The notes: a model not told the origin generated them from the sequence alone. Shown: positions 1 through 11,130, numbered from the stretch's first letter. The stretch: 14,227 bases of DNA from an uncultured Myxococcales bacterium (GCA_964013405.1 CAXGWI010000095.1:1-14227); one strand, 5' to 3'. Made by a program: numbers and translations.

Positions 1-2
1 AA

Positions 3-2093
3 GACGGGGACGGTTGTTCCGCCACCTGCGGCGTGGGCGTGGTGGATCTCGTCGCTGCGCGAGACAGCACCTGCGCTCGGCTGGAGCGAGGCTGGGTCTA
101 TTGCTGGGGCAGTAATTATGCTGGGCAACTCGGCCTAGGAGACAACCGGGCAAGAGCCTATGCGAGCCGCGTACCAGGGCTGGAGCAGGTGACGCAGATC
201 CATTCCGCAGTCCAGGGATATTCTGCCCTCCAAGAGGGTCAGGTCTTTCTCTGGGGGCATGGCGGCATTGGAGAGAGGGCTCGCTTAACCGCCAATGCGG
301 TCCAGGGTTTGGATGATGTTCAATGGCTGGCACAAGGGGCTTACAACTATTGTGTCGTGCGCTCCAACGGTCGAGTCTGGTGCTGGGGCGACGACATCGG
401 TGCAGAGCCTTTGGAAGTCATGGGTCTTGACGACATCGTGGCGGTGGATGTGGATCGAAACCACCGCTGTGCCCTGGACGGAGCCGGTCAGGTATGGTGC
501 TGGGGTGCCAATGACGTGGGTCAACTAGGCCAAGGGGATCGAGAGCCCCGAGATGATCCGGTGCGGGTCGAGGGTCTGGAGGATGTACGACAGGTTTTTA
601 CCCACTTAAACGCGAGTTGTGTGGTCACCACCTCAGACCAACTGTGGTGCTGGGGTGAGCCTTTCAGTATGCCCGTGCGACCGGGCGAGACGGCGAACTC
701 CCCTCAACGGTTCCCCCAGGCGGAGCCTGTTGCCTTTCTAAGAAAACGCCCTGGGAGGTGGCAGCAATCGATGACGGCCGTCGATCCGGAGGGCCGAACC
801 CTTATCTGGGGCTACTCCAACACCCAACACAACGATGTCACCCACAATCCAGAATCGCCGACCTATCGTTTATCAGTCCATGGTTTTGGACACTTCTGCT
901 GGGTTCCCGACGATGGCATCTTGCGCTGTCGAGCGGGTAGGAACAGCTACCCTTATGGTCAAGCAGGTAACGGCTTAGAACCCTTCATCCTGCAACCCAC
1001 AGTCCTCGACCACACCCCCAGAGCGCAGCATTTGAGCGGCATCGGCAGCATGTGCCTGGTCGATCAGCAAAGGCGGGGCTGGTGCCGAGGCAACAACGAG
1101 TTTGGTCAACTCGCCAATGCCTTGGTTGCAGAAGAAGAACATGTGAATCACTGGGTCCAAGTGCACGAATTCGCCGATCTGCAGGCCATCGAAACCTCCG
1201 GCGACCACGTGTGCAGTGTGAACATCGAGGGCCAGGCTCACTGTTGGGGGCGCGGCGACGCAGGGCAGTTGGGCGATGGGCACGGTGTCAATGATATCAT
1301 CGCCGTCCCCGTCGCCTTGCGCCAAGTCCATGCCATCGAAGTGAGTGAGGGCAGCAGCTGTGCCATTCATGGAGCCGAGCGGCGTTTAAGTTGCTGGGGC
1401 AACAATTGGGGTGGAAAGCTCGGCGTGGGGCTTGAACTGGATGAAATTGAAACCCCAATGCTCGTGGGCGATCTCACTGGCGTTCAGCAGGTGACGCTCG
1501 GCGGACAGGTCACCTGCGCCATCGACGGCATGAATCAAGTGCATTGCTGGGGCCGTAGCCAGTACCTGTTTTGGGAACTCGAAGGCGTGGAAGCGGAGCA
1601 GGATGTTTCCTTGAACACCCCGACCCCTTTGGTGCAATTGGGCGCAGCCCGCTGGATTCACAGTTCGGGGGCGCGGGCTTGTGCCGTCCTCGAGGAGGGT
1701 CAAGCCACCTGCTGGGGCACGACTTCAAATGGTAATCTCGGCGGCTCCGGCGCGACAGACTACACCGTCTTGGCCAATGTGGCTGATGCCCTGGAAGTGC
1801 AACTCGGCGGGAATCACGGCTGTGCCCGTGAAGCCAACAATCGGCTGATCTGCTGGGGCAGCAATAGCTCTGCACAAATGGGCAACGGAGCCTATGAGAA
1901 CCGATCCTACCCCCCCACAGAAGTTGAAGTGGATGCCGCCAGCCATCTTCAGACCTCTGGACGTACGACTTGTGTCCTCGATACTGAGGGTCAGGTGCTT
2001 TGCTGGGGCGCCAATGGTGGCGTTGGCGTGCCCTTAGAAGTCTTGCCCATCGGCTATGACATGGAGCGGGTCCGAGGCATCGATGTGGACTAA
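3..2093 (+). CDS. RCC1/BLIP-II-like repeat protein (14 repeats, probably two 7-bladed beta-propellers), preceded by the end of a myxobacterial Cys-rich repeat; 5' end lies outside the window
   Basis: The frame is open from the window edge: nt 3-32 read DGDGCSATCG, matching the Myxococcus cysteine-rich repeat (DUF4215-type), so GTG at 33 is probably not the start. There are 14 C/L/I-WG-like blade motifs (e.g. VYCWGSNYAGQLG, VWCWGANDVGQLG, AHCWGRGDAGQLG). Stop TAA 2091-2093. Confidence 0.9.
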   Translation, partial: DGDGCSATCGVGVVDLVAARDSTCARLERGWVYCWGSNYAGQLGLGDNRARAYASRVPGLEQVTQIHSAVQGYSALQEGQVFLWGHGGIGERARLTANAVQGLDDVQWLAQGAYNYCVVRSNGRVWCWGDDIGAEPLEVMGLDDIVAVDVDRNHRCALDGAGQVWCWGANDVGQLGQGDREPRDDPVRVEGLEDVRQVFTHLNASCVVTTSDQLWCWGEPFSMPVRPGETANSPQRFPQAEPVAFLRKRPGRWQQSMTAVDPEGRTLIWGYSNTQHNDVTHNPESPTYRLSVHGFGHFCWVPDDGILRCRAGRNSYPYGQAGNGLEPFILQPTVLDHTPRAQHLSGIGSMCLVDQQRRGWCRGNNEFGQLANALVAEEEHVNHWVQVHEFADLQAIETSGDHVCSVNIEGQAHCWGRGDAGQLGDGHGVNDIIAVPVALRQVHAIEVSEGSSCAIHGAERRLSCWGNNWGGKLGVGLELDEIETPMLVGDLTGVQQVTLGGQVTCAIDGMNQVHCWGRSQYLFWELEGVEAEQDVSLNTPTPLVQLGAARWIHSSGARACAVLEEGQATCWGTTSNGNLGGSGATDYTVLANVADALEVQLGGNHGCAREANNRLICWGSNSSAQMGNGAYENRSYPPTEVEVDAASHLQTSGRTTCVLDTEGQVLCWGANGGVGVPLEVLPIGYDMERVRGIDVD

Positions 2094-2147
2094 GCCGAAG
2101 CGTTGCAGCGCCGGCAAAATTCGGCTTCACTAAGGCGAGGCGAATCC

Positions 2148-2900
2148 ATGACGCTCATGAACCGACGGCAGGCGCTGCGACTTAGCGCCAAGGGGCTGGC
2201 TGGCTTGATGGCCACCTTCCCCCTGCTGAAAGCCTGCGCCCACCCCATGGGGCCCGAGGGCAGCGAGCCGGCCACCGTCGCCGGGGATGGACCGACTCCG
2301 ATCGAGCCTGGCCCCATCGACTGGGAGGACTTTCTCAGCCAAGTGAGCGAGCTGGCTGAGATCCAATTCAGCCCCGATTGGAATCAAGAGGCCTATGTGG
2401 AAGATGTGCGCCAACTGATGGCTCGCCTGAACCTCGAAGACCCCTTTTTGATCCAGGCCTATGCCGATTACGCAGATCAAGTCCGAGACTTCCCCGAGAT
2501 CACCCAAGTGTATCATGAGCCGGCCTTCGAGGTGGCCATCCTCGAATTCGAAGAGGGTGAGGTCATCCCTTTGCACGACCATCCGGACATGACGGGGGTC
2601 ATCATGTGTGTCAGTGGCACGGTGGACGTGGAGAACTTCACGCTCCTCGATGAGCCGGCCGAAGACAGCGAGTTTCTGCTGCAGCGCACCGCCCAAACCC
2701 GGATGCGGGCTCTCGACATCGGCACGCTCACATCCCGAGACAGCAACATTCACAGTCTGAAGGCCCTGGAGTTCACCCAGATGCTCGACGTCTTCACCCC
2801 ACCCTACAATGAAGATCGCAGCAACCGCAGCCGTTGGTTTCGCCGGGAGGCATCCCCCCTGCCGGGTCGTGACGAGATCTTCGCCGCCTGGGAGCGCTGA
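2148..2900 (+). CDS. PCO/ADO-family (cysteamine dioxygenase/plant cysteine oxidase-like) cupin thiol dioxygenase, predicted Tat-exported lipoprotein, 250 aa
   Basis: ATG 2148 follows AGGCGAGG at 7 nt spacing. The N-terminus has MNRRQAL (twin-Arg), a hydrophobic stretch, LLKA-C30 and a Pro-rich linker. The core has IPLHDHPDM, NIH and MLDVFTPPY, as in the ADO/PCO three-His cupins. Confidence 0.8.
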   Translation: MTLMNRRQALRLSAKGLAGLMATFPLLKACAHPMGPEGSEPATVAGDGPTPIEPGPIDWEDFLSQVSELAEIQFSPDWNQEAYVEDVRQLMARLNLEDPFLIQAYADYADQVRDFPEITQVYHEPAFEVAILEFEEGEVIPLHDHPDMTGVIMCVSGTVDVENFTLLDEPAEDSEFLLQRTAQTRMRALDIGTLTSRDSNIHSLKALEFTQMLDVFTPPYNEDRSNRSRWFRREASPLPGRDEIFAAWER

Positions 2901-2903
2901 GCC

Positions 2904-4093
2904 CTAGCGAAAAGCGCCAGGCACCAAGGCCACCGGCGTGCTCGCCGGCAGGCGATAAATACTCTCGCTCACCAGCGCATCGAGGCCTTTCAATTCAGCT
3001 CTGGGATCGCTCACTTTGGGATACACAGCTCGCAGCTTATCGAGGGCACTGGCTGGCAACAGCGCGAGTCGAGCCCCTTCCGGTCCGGCCTCTAAGTCTG
3101 CATCAGCCGGTGCACAGGGCGGTGAGCCCACCGCACCAAAGGCATCACCAACCTCCATGGTGACCAACTCCGTCTCCATACTTCCCCGGCGGCGCAGGGC
3201 CCGGATCTGCCCCCGCAACACCAAACCCAGCATGGCCTGTTCTTCACCCTCGTGGAGCAACTCTTCGCCGGGCTCAAACTTACGGTAACGAAACTTCACC
3301 AACAAACGGGCTTTCTCGGAATAATCCAGATCCCGAAAGCCGGGTAACGCGCCGATCATGTTGAGCAAGAGCCGGTCACGACAAAAGCGTAGCAGGACCT
3401 CTTCGAAGGCCACGTCCTGCTGGGTCTCTCGCTGCAACACGCTGGCGCTCAACTCCAGCAAGCACGTCTCCCCCAGACTCCGTACTGTCGCGGCCCGAGG
3501 CCGCCCCGAAAGATAGGAAAAGACCCCGAGGACCCCCCCCGAAGTCATCCGCATCCGCTCCTGTTCGACCCCTTGGTCTCCCCCTAAAACTTGGACCAGT
3601 CCCGAGGTGATCAAATAGATGGAGTCGCCCGATTGGCCAGGCTCAAACAGGACCTCTCCATCCTCTAAGCGTACCAAGCGACTCGATTCCACCAAACGCT
3701 CAAAGCTGGGCCCCGGGAAGAGCGATAAGACGCCCAATTCCTTTTTCGACATCAGGTGGGTGGTTTCGGTCACGTCGGTCACCGCCGGTTTCCGACTGCG
3801 CAGCGCCGAGACCAACATCATCCCACTGTCGCTACCCGCCTGGCCACCGGCCGCATAAAGCCGGGAGATCAGGCGGAGCACCCGGGCATTGCCCGGATGG
3901 CGACTGAGGGCTTCTTTTGCCGTCTCGGCGGCCCAAGGCCCTTGCCCGGCCCGATGAAAGTCACGAATGGCCGTGAGATAGGATTCGAGGTCCCCTTGCT
4001 CTCGGGCAGCTGCCAGCGACCCTTGTGCACTCTGAATGAGTTTCGCTTGGTCGGAAGGAAAGAGCCATGCTTTCAGCTTCCGCCAAACGCCCA

Positions 4094-4094
<1 letters not shown>
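2904..4094 (-). CDS. Tandem cyclic-nucleotide-binding (cNMP) domain protein with N-terminal TPR-like helices and no HTH
   Basis: Two CNB-like units: GEVLFEPGQSGDSIYLITSGLVQV...GRPRAATVRS and GEELLHEGEEQAMLGLVLRGQIRA. TPR-like segment AAETAKEALSRHPGNARVLRLISRLY. The ATG overlaps the upstream TGA by 1 nt (TGATG). Confidence 0.8.
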
Positions 4095-6411
<2,317 letters not shown>

Positions 6412-6777
6412 CTAGCGGGCGAGGCGCTCATACATGCGGGCAAGGAGGCCCGACACACGATCCGCTCGCTCTTGAAGGTGCTCTAGACGATCCAAATCCA
6501 GTTCCGGGGGATCGATGGGCCTGAGATTTCCACTGGCGATCTGCTGCTCGATCGCGGCAAGGCCGAAGCCTTCCTCAGCCCGATCCTTGACGAAAAGAAT
6601 CATCTTCACGTCTTCACGAGTGTAGCGGCGCTGACCCGTCCCACCGCGGGCGGGGGCCAAGCGTGCGAAACGCTTCTCCCAGAACCTTAGTTTGCTGCAG
6701 CTCACCGTGGCGATTCGAGCGACCTCACCAATGCGGAAGAAGCTCTTATCTCCCGGAATGCGAGGGTCTGCGCTCAT
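6412..6777 (-). CDS. Small MerR-family HTH regulator of the type commonly found directly downstream of ihfA
   Basis: IPGDKSFFRIGEVA...LRFWEKRF...GQRRYTREDV; ATGA overlap with the ihfA stop. Confidence 0.9.
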   Translation of the reverse strand: MSADPRIPGDKSFFRIGEVARIATVSCSKLRFWEKRFARLAPARGGTGQRRYTREDVKMILFVKDRAEEGFGLAAIEQQIASGNLRPIDPPELDLDRLEHLQERADRVSGLLARMYERLAR

Positions 6778-7088
6778 TCGTTCCCCGGGTTCAACTGGGC
6801 CCGCAGATTGGGGCTTGGGCGAAAGGTCACCACGCGACGGGCGGAGATCGTGACTTCCGACCCCTTCGACTTGGGGTTTCGACCGACTCGAGGACTCTTG
6901 TCCCGTAAGCGAAAGGTACCAAAGTTGGTTAACTTGACGTGATGGCCCGAGGTCAGACCCTCTTTCACCAACTCAAGGAAGGCTTCGACCGCTCGTCCGG
7001 CTTCCCTCTTGGAAAGCCCCGTCGACCGATGCACGGAGTCGACGAGATCCATCTTCGTCATCGTTTCGACCGCTGCTGCTTGGCTCAT
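6774..7088 (-). CDS. ihfA: Integration host factor subunit alpha (IHF/HU family)
   Basis: MTKMDLV...VKLTNFGTFRLRDKSPRVGRNPK...ISARRVVTFRPS; canonical position after pheT. GGAG lies 6 nt before ATG 7088; an alternative ATG is at 7061. Confidence 0.93.
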   Translation of the reverse strand: MSQAAAVETMTKMDLVDSVHRSTGLSKREAGRAVEAFLELVKEGLTSGHHVKLTNFGTFRLRDKSPRVGRNPKSKGSEVTISARRVVTFRPSPNLRAQLNPGNE

Positions 7089-7144
7089 GCCTTACTCCAG
7101 AATCCAGGGGTCAATTGTTCCCTGTCTTTTTGTCCCTTCGGCTG

Positions 7145-9496
7145 TCAACGGCGCAGCCGCGCGCCCATGCGGTCCGCGGCCAAGCTCTGATACCGTTCCA
7201 ACCAATGATTGATCTGCTTCTCGCCCAGCGTTCCCTCGCTCGATTGTAATGAAAACCGTACGGCCACGGACTTCTCATCGGCCTCCAGGCCAGGCCCTCG
7301 ATAGACATCGAACACCCGGGCTTTGACCTTCAACTGAGGATCGACCTCCCCGGCCAAGTCGGCCAGGGCGCCCGCGGGCTGAGCTTCAGAAACCACAAGC
7401 GCCAAGTCCCGGTGAACGGCCGGAAAGCGTTCAAGTGCTTGAAAGCTCGCCAATCCCTGGGCCGACGCAATGAGGGCAGTCAGATCGAGATCGATGAGCC
7501 AAATCCCCTCCGGCAGATCGTATTGGTGACGGATCTCCGGATGGATTTCCCCCAATGTCCCGAGAGCTGTGTCGCCACAATGAACCCGGGCCGAGCTCCG
7601 GGGATGCAGGAACGGATCCTCACTGCGCAGCAAGGTGCAGGAAGGGATTCCCTGGCCCATCAGCAGTCCATCGAGCAGGCCCCGGACCGTTGCTAAGCCT
7701 TCGACACCGGGAGCTCCTTCGAAGAGCAGGCCGAACCGTTTCGATTCTCCATGCGAACCAAACACTGTCCCCTGTTCGCAAAGCCTGAGCCCGGTCAATC
7801 CGTGCCGGAGATTGCGGGCTGCAGCCTCCACCAGTTGGGGCCTGAGGTCGTTGCGAAGAAAACGGGTTTCTTCGCCCAAGGGATTCGAAATCGGCAGGCC
7901 TTCCCGGCCGCTGCGTTCGATCCACTGGGGGCTGGCAAAGGCGAGGGAGACCGTTTCGTGGAAGGCCTGGCCCCGCAGACCATCCCGGAGGGCTCGACCG
8001 AGGGCTTCGCGAGGGTCCACATTGCTGATGGTCGCCGTTGGCGGTGGCTGTGGCGGCAGGCACTCAGGCACCGCAGCCATCCCCACGACCCGTAGGAGTT
8101 CCTCTGCCAAATCCGCTGGCCGGGTGAGATCGGGACGCCAACTGGGCGCCACCACTCGCTGGCCTTCAACCTGGCAGCCGATCGCCTCAAGAATACTCGT
8201 CGCTCGATCCGTGCCCAGTTCAAGACCGATGAGCTGCTCGGCCTCGGCCAGATCCAGATCGATCACGTGCTGCCCCGTTGGCGGCTCGCCCGAACGCACC
8301 CGCCCCGAGGCAACCTCCCCGCCGGCCAACTCAGCCATCATGCGGGCTGCTTCATCCAGAGCCACTTCGACCCGCTGAGGGTCCGTGCCCCGCTCAAAGC
8401 GATGACTCGACTCGGAATGCAGAGCAAGACGCCGGGCTGTGCGACGTACGGTGGCCGGATCGAAAAGGGCTGCTTCGATGAGCACTTCTCGGGTGCCTTC
8501 ATGCACCTCTGAATCGGCCCCACCCATCACACCCGCGAGGGCCACCGGCCCCACACCATCACAGATGAGCAGGTCGTCGGTGAGCAGGTCTCGCTTCTGC
8601 CCATCGAGGGTCGTCATCGACTCGCCGGCTTCAGCCTTACGTACCTGAATGGCTAAGGCCCCAGCAGCGTTCGGGCGCAGACGTTGGGCGTCAAAGGCAT
8701 GCAGAGGCTGCCCATGGCTCATCAAAATGTAGTTCGTAACGTCCACCACATTATTGATGGGGCGAACCCCCGCGGCATGGAGCCTCCCTTGGAGCCAGTC
8801 CGGACTCGGACCGATGGTGACACCACGGACCAAGCGGGTGCCGTAATAACTGCAGGCCGGATCTTCCACCTGCAATGACAAGTCGTAATCCGGGCCCACG
8901 GCATCCACATTGGCCACCACAGGCTTTAGGGCGAGTTGAGGATGGCGCAGGCTTAACTCCCGGGCCAGGCCGATCATGGACAAGGCATCGCCCCGGTTTG
9001 GCGTGACGCTCAAATCCAAAATGAAGCGCCCGCCGTTGCGCAGATAGTCACTCAATGCCCGGCCCACCACCGCGTCGTCGGCGAGGATCATGATCCCATC
9101 GTGATCTTCTCCGAGGCCGAGTTCCTTGAGCGAACACATCATCCCGCTGGAGGCTTCGCCGCGAATCTTGGCCTTCTTGATCTTGAAGCCACCAGGCAAC
9201 ACGGCCCCGGGGACTGCGACGGCGACCAAGTCCCCCTGTTGGTGATTCGGGGCACCACAAACGATCTGACTTGGTGCGTCGGCGCCAATATCAACCTGAC
9301 ACAGGCTAAGCCGGTCGGCATTGGGGTGCTGATCTTTGACCAAGACCCGACCGATGACGATGTGATCGGCCACATCTGCGTCGGAGAAGACCCCTTCAAC
9401 CTCAACGCCGAGATCCGTGAGGTCGGCCGAAACCACCGCTTCCGACGGGAGCTCGCCGTCGAGCCATTCCCCAACCCAATCACTGACGAACCTCAT
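7145..9496 (-). CDS. pheT: Phenylalanine--tRNA ligase beta subunit
   Basis: OB domain HPNADRL/IVCGAPN/GMMCSLKELG, TPNRGDALS, INNVVDVTNY, GQPLHAFD, RFERG, PSWRPDL, and anticodon-binding RDLALVV/FDVYRG. ATGA overlap with pheS. Confidence 0.98.
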   Translation of the reverse strand: MRFVSDWVGEWLDGELPSEAVVSADLTDLGVEVEGVFSDADVADHIVIGRVLVKDQHPNADRLSLCQVDIGADAPSQIVCGAPNHQQGDLVAVAVPGAVLPGGFKIKKAKIRGEASSGMMCSLKELGLGEDHDGIMILADDAVVGRALSDYLRNGGRFILDLSVTPNRGDALSMIGLARELSLRHPQLALKPVVANVDAVGPDYDLSLQVEDPACSYYGTRLVRGVTIGPSPDWLQGRLHAAGVRPINNVVDVTNYILMSHGQPLHAFDAQRLRPNAAGALAIQVRKAEAGESMTTLDGQKRDLLTDDLLICDGVGPVALAGVMGGADSEVHEGTREVLIEAALFDPATVRRTARRLALHSESSHRFERGTDPQRVEVALDEAARMMAELAGGEVASGRVRSGEPPTGQHVIDLDLAEAEQLIGLELGTDRATSILEAIGCQVEGQRVVAPSWRPDLTRPADLAEELLRVVGMAAVPECLPPQPPPTATISNVDPREALGRALRDGLRGQAFHETVSLAFASPQWIERSGREGLPISNPLGEETRFLRNDLRPQLVEAAARNLRHGLTGLRLCEQGTVFGSHGESKRFGLLFEGAPGVEGLATVRGLLDGLLMGQGIPSCTLLRSEDPFLHPRSSARVHCGDTALGTLGEIHPEIRHQYDLPEGIWLIDLDLTALIASAQGLASFQALERFPAVHRDLALVVSEAQPAGALADLAGEVDPQLKVKARVFDVYRGPGLEADEKSVAVRFSLQSSEGTLGEKQINHWLERYQSLAADRMGARLRR

Positions 9497-10533
9497 GGCT
9501 GCGCCTCCCGATCCAGTTGCTTGAACTGCTCAAGGAAGTCGATGCGAGAATCGAAGAATAAACGGATGTCGGGGACTCGATAACGAAGCATCGCGATGCG
9601 CTCCACCCCCATACCGAAGGCGAAGCCACTGTATTGCGTGGGATCGATATTGACGGCTTCCAAGACGTTCGGGTCAACCATGCCGCAGCCCAGAATTTCG
9701 AGCCAGCCCGTATCACTGCAAACCCGGCAGCCCTCACCGCCGCAGAAGATACAACTGACATCAACCTCGGCGCTGGGCTCAGTGAAGGGAAAGAAACTCG
9801 TCCGCAGACGAATCTCTGTCTGAGCGCCGAACATCTCCCGGGCAAAATGAGCCAGCGTTCCCTTGAGGTGGGCAAAGCTAATGTCCTTGTCGATCAGCAG
9901 CCCCTCGACCTGATGAAACATCGGACTGTGGGTCACATCGGCATCGCAGCGATACACCGCACCGGGTGCGATCAAGCGCAGAGGAGGAGCGTTCTCCATC
10001 ATGCTACGAATTTGGACGGGGCTCGTATGGGTCCGCAGCAGCCGACCATCCTGGAGATAGAAGGTGTCCTGCATATCCCGAGCCGGATGGTCCGGTGGTA
10101 TGTTGAGCGCGCTGAAGTTATGCCAGTCGTCTTCCACTTCGGGTCCGCTGGCCACCTGATAGCCCAGCCGAGCAAAGATGGCGGTGATCTCATCTTGAAC
10201 CCGGCGGAGTGGATGGGCCACACCATGATGAAGGCCCTCGGCCCCCGGCAGGCTCAGATCAATCCGTTCCGACAATTCCGCATCGAGCGCCGCACGGGCC
10301 AAACCTTGCTCACGGGCAGCGATGGCCTGAGACAGCGCAGCTTTGACCCGATTGGCGCCCTGACCCAGCGCCTTGCGGTCCTCTTTAGGTAACTGGCCTA
10401 GGGTACGAAGGATCTGAGCCACATGCCCCTGCTTGCCCAGGTAGGCGACGCGGATCGCCTCAAGGGCCTCACGATCGGCCGCAGCGATGGCTTTGAGGCC
10501 CTCGGCCTCCAAATTTTCGAGACGGTCTAGCAT
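9493..10533 (-). CDS. pheS: Phenylalanine--tRNA ligase alpha subunit
   Basis: HPARDMQDTFY, LRTHTSPVQIR, HSPMFHQVEGL, FPFTEPSAEVD and GFAFGMGVERIAM. Confidence 0.99.
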   Translation of the reverse strand: MLDRLENLEAEGLKAIAAADREALEAIRVAYLGKQGHVAQILRTLGQLPKEDRKALGQGANRVKAALSQAIAAREQGLARAALDAELSERIDLSLPGAEGLHHGVAHPLRRVQDEITAIFARLGYQVASGPEVEDDWHNFSALNIPPDHPARDMQDTFYLQDGRLLRTHTSPVQIRSMMENAPPLRLIAPGAVYRCDADVTHSPMFHQVEGLLIDKDISFAHLKGTLAHFAREMFGAQTEIRLRTSFFPFTEPSAEVDVSCIFCGGEGCRVCSDTGWLEILGCGMVDPNVLEAVNIDPTQYSGFAFGMGVERIAMLRYRVPDIRLFFDSRIDFLEQFKQLDREAQP

Positions 10534-10551
10534 GGCAGCAACCCCTGCCGA

Positions 10552-10911
10552 TCAAGCGGTAACAGCAGCCTTTGCTTTGTCCACCAGCTCGGTGAAGATC
10601 TCAGGCTCGTGCAACGCCAGGTCGGCCAGAACACGACGGTCCAACTCGATTCCAGCTTGGGACAATCCGTGCATAAATCGGCTGTAGGACAATCCGTTGG
10701 CCCGGCTCGCCGCATTGATGCGAACGATCCACAGCTTGCGAAAATCCCGCTTCTTCTGCTTGCGGCCCTTGTAGGCATGCTCGTGGGCCCGGTCGACGGC
10801 CTGACGGGCAACCCGCCAGACATTCTTCCGCTTTCCGCGATAACCTTCAGCCCGGTTGAATACCCGCTTGCGCCGACGCCGGGAGACAGTACCACCTTTA
10901 ACTCGTGACAT
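10552..10911 (-). CDS. rplT: 50S ribosomal protein L20 (bL20)
   Basis: MSRVKGG...GYRG...[19 protein letters not shown]...YSRFMHGL; the SD AGGAGG overlaps the rpmI stop TAG. Confidence 0.99.
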   Translation of the reverse strand: MSRVKGGTVSRRRRKRVFNRAEGYRGKRKNVWRVARQAVDRAHEHAYKGRKQKKRDFRKLWIVRINAASRANGLSYSRFMHGLSQAGIELDRRVLADLALHEPEIFTELVDKAKAAVTA

Positions 10912-10923
10912 GGTGCGTCCCTC

Positions 10924-11130
10924 CTAGATGTACGGCACGCAACGAGCGACCATCTTGGTATCGACGGCATCGAGGGTGCGGGTACCACGGTGCTGGCGCT
11001 TGTACTTGGCGCTCCAGGCCGTGAAGTTGTGGCTTGTGTTCGCGCGCTTGGCTTTGAGCTTGCCCTTCGCCGTGCGCTTCAAGCGCTTTGCAGCGCCCCG
11101 AACGGTCTTCATTTTGGGCCCTTTTGCCAT
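10924..11130 (-). CDS. rpmI: 50S ribosomal protein L35 (bL35), 68 aa
   Basis: PKMKTVRGAAKRLKRTAKGK...SH...PY, lying between infC and rplT. The start is reassigned to ATG 11130, which has GAGGAGG 6 nt upstream. Confidence 0.95.
   Translation of the reverse strand: MAKGPKMKTVRGAAKRLKRTAKGKLKAKRANTSHNFTAWSAKYKRQHRGTRTLDAVDTKMVARCVPYI

Noticed and set aside
33..35. GTG start given by the ORF track for the RCC1 protein
   Set aside because: The frame is open to the window edge and encodes a recognisable Cys-rich repeat upstream.
2103..2147. TTG start extending the dioxygenase ORF
   Set aside because: No SD precedes it; ATG 2148 has an SD and places the RR motif at the usual N-terminal position.
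3533..3540. G8 tract in the cNMP gene as a phase-variation site
   Set aside because: It is short, in frame (Ser-Gly-Gly-Val) and unremarkable in GC-rich DNA; read-level data would be needed.
7089..7144. TTGACC and a possible IHF site upstream of ihfA
   Set aside because: No acceptable -10 at 16-18 nt and no match to WATCAANNNNTTR.
9715..9755. CIFCGGEGCRVC Cys cluster in PheS
   Set aside because: This is a common feature of many bacterial PheS proteins.
10534..10551. pheM-type attenuator or T-box before pheS
   Set aside because: The gap is only 18 nt, with no Phe-rich leader; absence is normal outside a few lineages.
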